From the NCBI GenBank assembly GCA_013239625.1, contig MU057344.1, positions 1,552,276-1,616,275 on the forward strand: a stretch of DNA of 64,000 bases, read 5' to 3'. Origin of the DNA: Lama guanicoe (taxonomy: Eukaryota). The number at the start of each line of letters is the position of its first letter. Position 1 is the stretch's first letter. The notes beneath the pieces are model-generated. The model was not told where the DNA came from. It did no database searches and saw nothing but the letters and a program-made list of their open reading frames with translations. Below, one piece after another: positions 61,225-64,000 of the stretch. The position numbers and the translations under genes were made by a program.

Positions 61225-61650
61225 AAAGCTTCACTCTCAAGTCACGGAGAGCCGTGGAGGAGCTTCAGGTCCACGGGACTGAGTGGAGCGAGCCAGTCTG
61301 AGAAGGCTCCATACTATATGATTCCCTCTGTGAGACTCTGGGAAAGACAAAGCTGTGCAGAAGTAGGCAGCTCGGTGGTCGCCGGCAGTCATGGGGCGGG
61401 ATGAACGGGGGAGCTCAGGATTTTTAGGGCAGTGAAACTCCTGCGTGCGATGCTTCCTGGTGGGTACAGGCCATTGCGTATTTATCACTCACCAAGAGCG
61501 ATCAGCTGTAGCAAGTGGCCACAGTAACGCAAGATGGTCCTTACGGTGGAAGCCGGGAGGGGCGGGCAGGGGTGGGGTACAGGACCTCTCTGTACTTGCC
61601 ACGCGAGTTTCCATAAACCCAAGACTGCTCTGAAAAAAGAAGGCTGTTCC
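61225..61650 (+). mobile_element. L1MC1-like 3' end
   Basis: gccagtctgagaaggctccatactatatgattcc, ggatttttagggcagtgaaact and ctctgtac…aaacccaagactgctctgaaaaa are typical L1MC1 3' blocks. Confidence 0.8.
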
Positions 61651-61689
61651 TTTATTTTAAAAAGGGATTTCAGAAAGTGGCACATAATA

Positions 61690-61870
61690 AACACACACAC
61701 CTTCTGTGAAATACACATGCACACACAAGGACATTCATACACGGAAAGGCTGGAAGGAAATGCACCAAAATTAACAGCAACATTCTTTGCAGCGAAATAG
61801 TAGGTGACTTTAAAAAATTAACGTCTTCGTGGGTATTGCAGTCATGAAATATGTCACCTCATGTAGAGTG
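61690..61870 (+). mobile_element. Older L1ME4-like 3' fragment
   Basis: aaaggctggaaggaaatgcaccaaaattaacag…taggtgacttt. Confidence 0.55.
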
Positions 61871-62377
61871 CTTGTGTAATTCCTGGCCCCTGGCAACACT
61901 GTGAGTGGTGAAGGACGCTGACAGGGCGGCGGTCGTGGGCAGTCGACGGGGAGCACGCCTTGTACTGGATTGTGAGCTCCCTGCGGTCCAGGGCCCCTGC
62001 TTCTCCTTCGTGCGGTCGCTGTCCGCTGTTCACCCAAGGGTCTGACTGTGCCTTCGGGGTGGGGCGGGGGTGGGATGGGCCTTCTGCCCACCCCAAGGCT
62101 GGGTAAGACGTCTGGCCAGTGGCTGTGAGAGACGCAGGTCGCTCCTCCAGCGCTCTCTGCCCTCGGACACGGCAGCCAGAAAGTCCCGGGTAGATGCCGA
62201 GGTGATTATGCGGAGCCGCCCCGCGAGTCGCACTGGGCGTGCAGGAGAAACGCCGCTTTGCTCAGGCCTCTGCGTTTTGGAGCCGTTTGTTACTGGAGCA
62301 CAACCTCGCTCTCCCTGACTGATGCGTTTAGGGAATGCCTGGTGCTTTGTCTGGTCCTGCGTAGTCTTAAAACACCC

Positions 62378-62480
62378 TTCATTCACTCACTCACCAGTTA
62401 ACAAATATTTACCAAGCGCCTACTGTGTGCAGGACGCTGCCCCAGGTGCTGGAGACACAAGGCTGAGTCCCACCAGGCCT
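62378..62480 (-). mobile_element. L2 3' end
   Basis: ttcattcactcac…aacaaatatttaccaagcgcctactgtgtgcagg…aggtgctggagacaca is the reverse of the L2 tail. Confidence 0.8.
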
Positions 62481-64000
62481 CTGCCCCGGCGGTTCATGTC
62501 CTGAGACTCGGTCACCTGCGTAGATGGGCTGCAGCCTTTGTTCTCAGTGCCCCCGTTTCCCTGGAGACGCCCAACTGCAACGTTCCAGGTCAGATGTTGC
62601 TCCTGGTGGCAGGCAAGCCTCCAAGGGCCCTTGTGCTGTTTGCTCTGCTCATTTCGGGCAGAAGTGCCCCCTCCTGTCACATGTGCTTGGCTCCGTCCCC
62701 GCGGGTCGGTGATTCTAAGGAGCCTTTTTCTGGGCAGCTCCTCCTTTGCGTCCTGTATCGTAGATGGGGAAACTGTGAGGAAAAGGAATCGATTTGAAAG
62801 AGTGGGATTCTTAACCTAACAGATGTGGTGTGAGCACACTGTTTTCTCAACAATATTTCCTTCTTTGAATGAATGACACCTCCTCCTTCGGCACCGGCGT
62901 TCCTGCGCTAACAAGATGCGTCCTTCTAGCCGGCACCCGCTTCCATCAGCCGGGGCCGTGTTGGCCGAGGGGTCTTCCGCCCCGTTCGCGAGATGTTTCT
63001 CCACTAGAGGGTTGGTAAATCACGTCATAAAAGGCAAGACTTATTATTTCGCTTGGGAACCTCGCCTCTGTTACTTCTCAGCAATGGCCAAGATTCAGAG
63101 TATTAGCCACAGAAATGTTTGCGTTGTCAGGGATGGAAAACGATCGCATAAAAAGAGTCTGATGTGGTGTTCATCATGGATCAGCTGAGAGTAGAGAGAG
63201 TCAGAGAGAAAATAATAACAATAATAAAAATCTACTTCTCAGACCCGCGCCGGGCGCACGGGGCCGGGGTGCCCATGGCTCTCGGTGTGACGGGGACGCC
63301 CCGGGTGCCGTCGCCAGGCCGAAGCTTTCTTCTTGCTGCCCAAACCCCAGGCTCTGGGTTACCGAGGCCCCGAAAGGGCAGATAATTATCGGAAGAGAGT
63401 CTGAAACGTGGGCACCCTGGAGAGCTGCAAAAACGAAACGAGGAGGAGGAATTTTGAATAGATTTCCTCCCTTTGTGTTTCTGTTTTGGACGAGAAGTGC
63501 AGAGGCAGAATAAAAGGGAACCAGGAAGGTGGAGAAAAACATCAAGTTTGCCCTCGGGAAGGTCTGGATTGGCGGCCACACAGGGGCCGATGGGCATCTT
63601 TGTCCCGGGTCTGCCCGCGTGCAGCTTCCGGGAGGCAGGACCGGCCCCACTGGAGGCCTGTGTCTCTCGAAGCTCCCCCAGGAGGAGGGTCCGGGGCGGT
63701 GCTGACCGGCAGGTCCCAGGACGGGGCTCAGCGCCAGATGCCTCGTGGGCGAGGAGGACAGGCCTGTGCCTGGGGCACAGTGACTGTATCTTTCGTAAAC
63801 AAAGTCAGGCCACTCTGGGGCCAGGACTCAGGGAGACTCAGGAGACAGACTGCTGTGTCCCGTGCGCTTCGGTCTCAGCTGGAGAGTTCAGGGGCCTCAC
63901 AGCCGCCCCACCAGACAGCTGCTCCTCTTCCCTGGGGCTCAGACAGGTGAGCCCACCCACCTAAGGTCACACAGACGGTGCCTGGCGAACCTGCTCCCAC

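Larger units (their letters stand above)
54107..64000 (+). other. PRDM16: PRDM16 intron 3, 5' part (exon 4 not found in the window)
   Basis: Follows the exon 3 donor. No ISEDLGSEKFCVDA-like peptide is seen downstream. Confidence 0.85.

Overview
Mammalian, very GC-rich genomic DNA lying entirely inside the PRDM16 gene (+ strand). It holds coding exon 2 (642-991, 350 nt, N-terminal region plus the start of the PR/SET domain), about 53 kb of intron 2, the 51-nt coding exon 3 (54056-54106, missed by the ORF track) and the start of intron 3. A tRNA-derived SINE with an 11-bp target-site duplication resembles the camelid Vic-1 family, which points to a camel, alpaca or llama assembly. The rest is intron. 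It carries ancient repeats (MIR, L2, MLT1, MER20), one cluster of three L1 3' ends, mini- and microsatellites, two N gaps, a 333/329-bp tandem duplication that may be an assembly artefact, and many short AT-rich, homeodomain/SOX-motif-rich islands that look like conserved enhancers. Apart from the ORF covering exon 2, the ORFs appear to be GC-rich noise. I see no new protein-coding system. The best leads are: a CpG island ending in an ATG and splice donors (candidate alternative first exon for a PR-truncated isoform), the frame-preserving microexon 3 inside the PR domain, Tyr113 where human has Cys, and strong AT-to-GC drift in the L1 relics. Repeat-family names and orthologue comparisons come from recalled consensus sequences, not from a search, and repeat boundaries are approximate.
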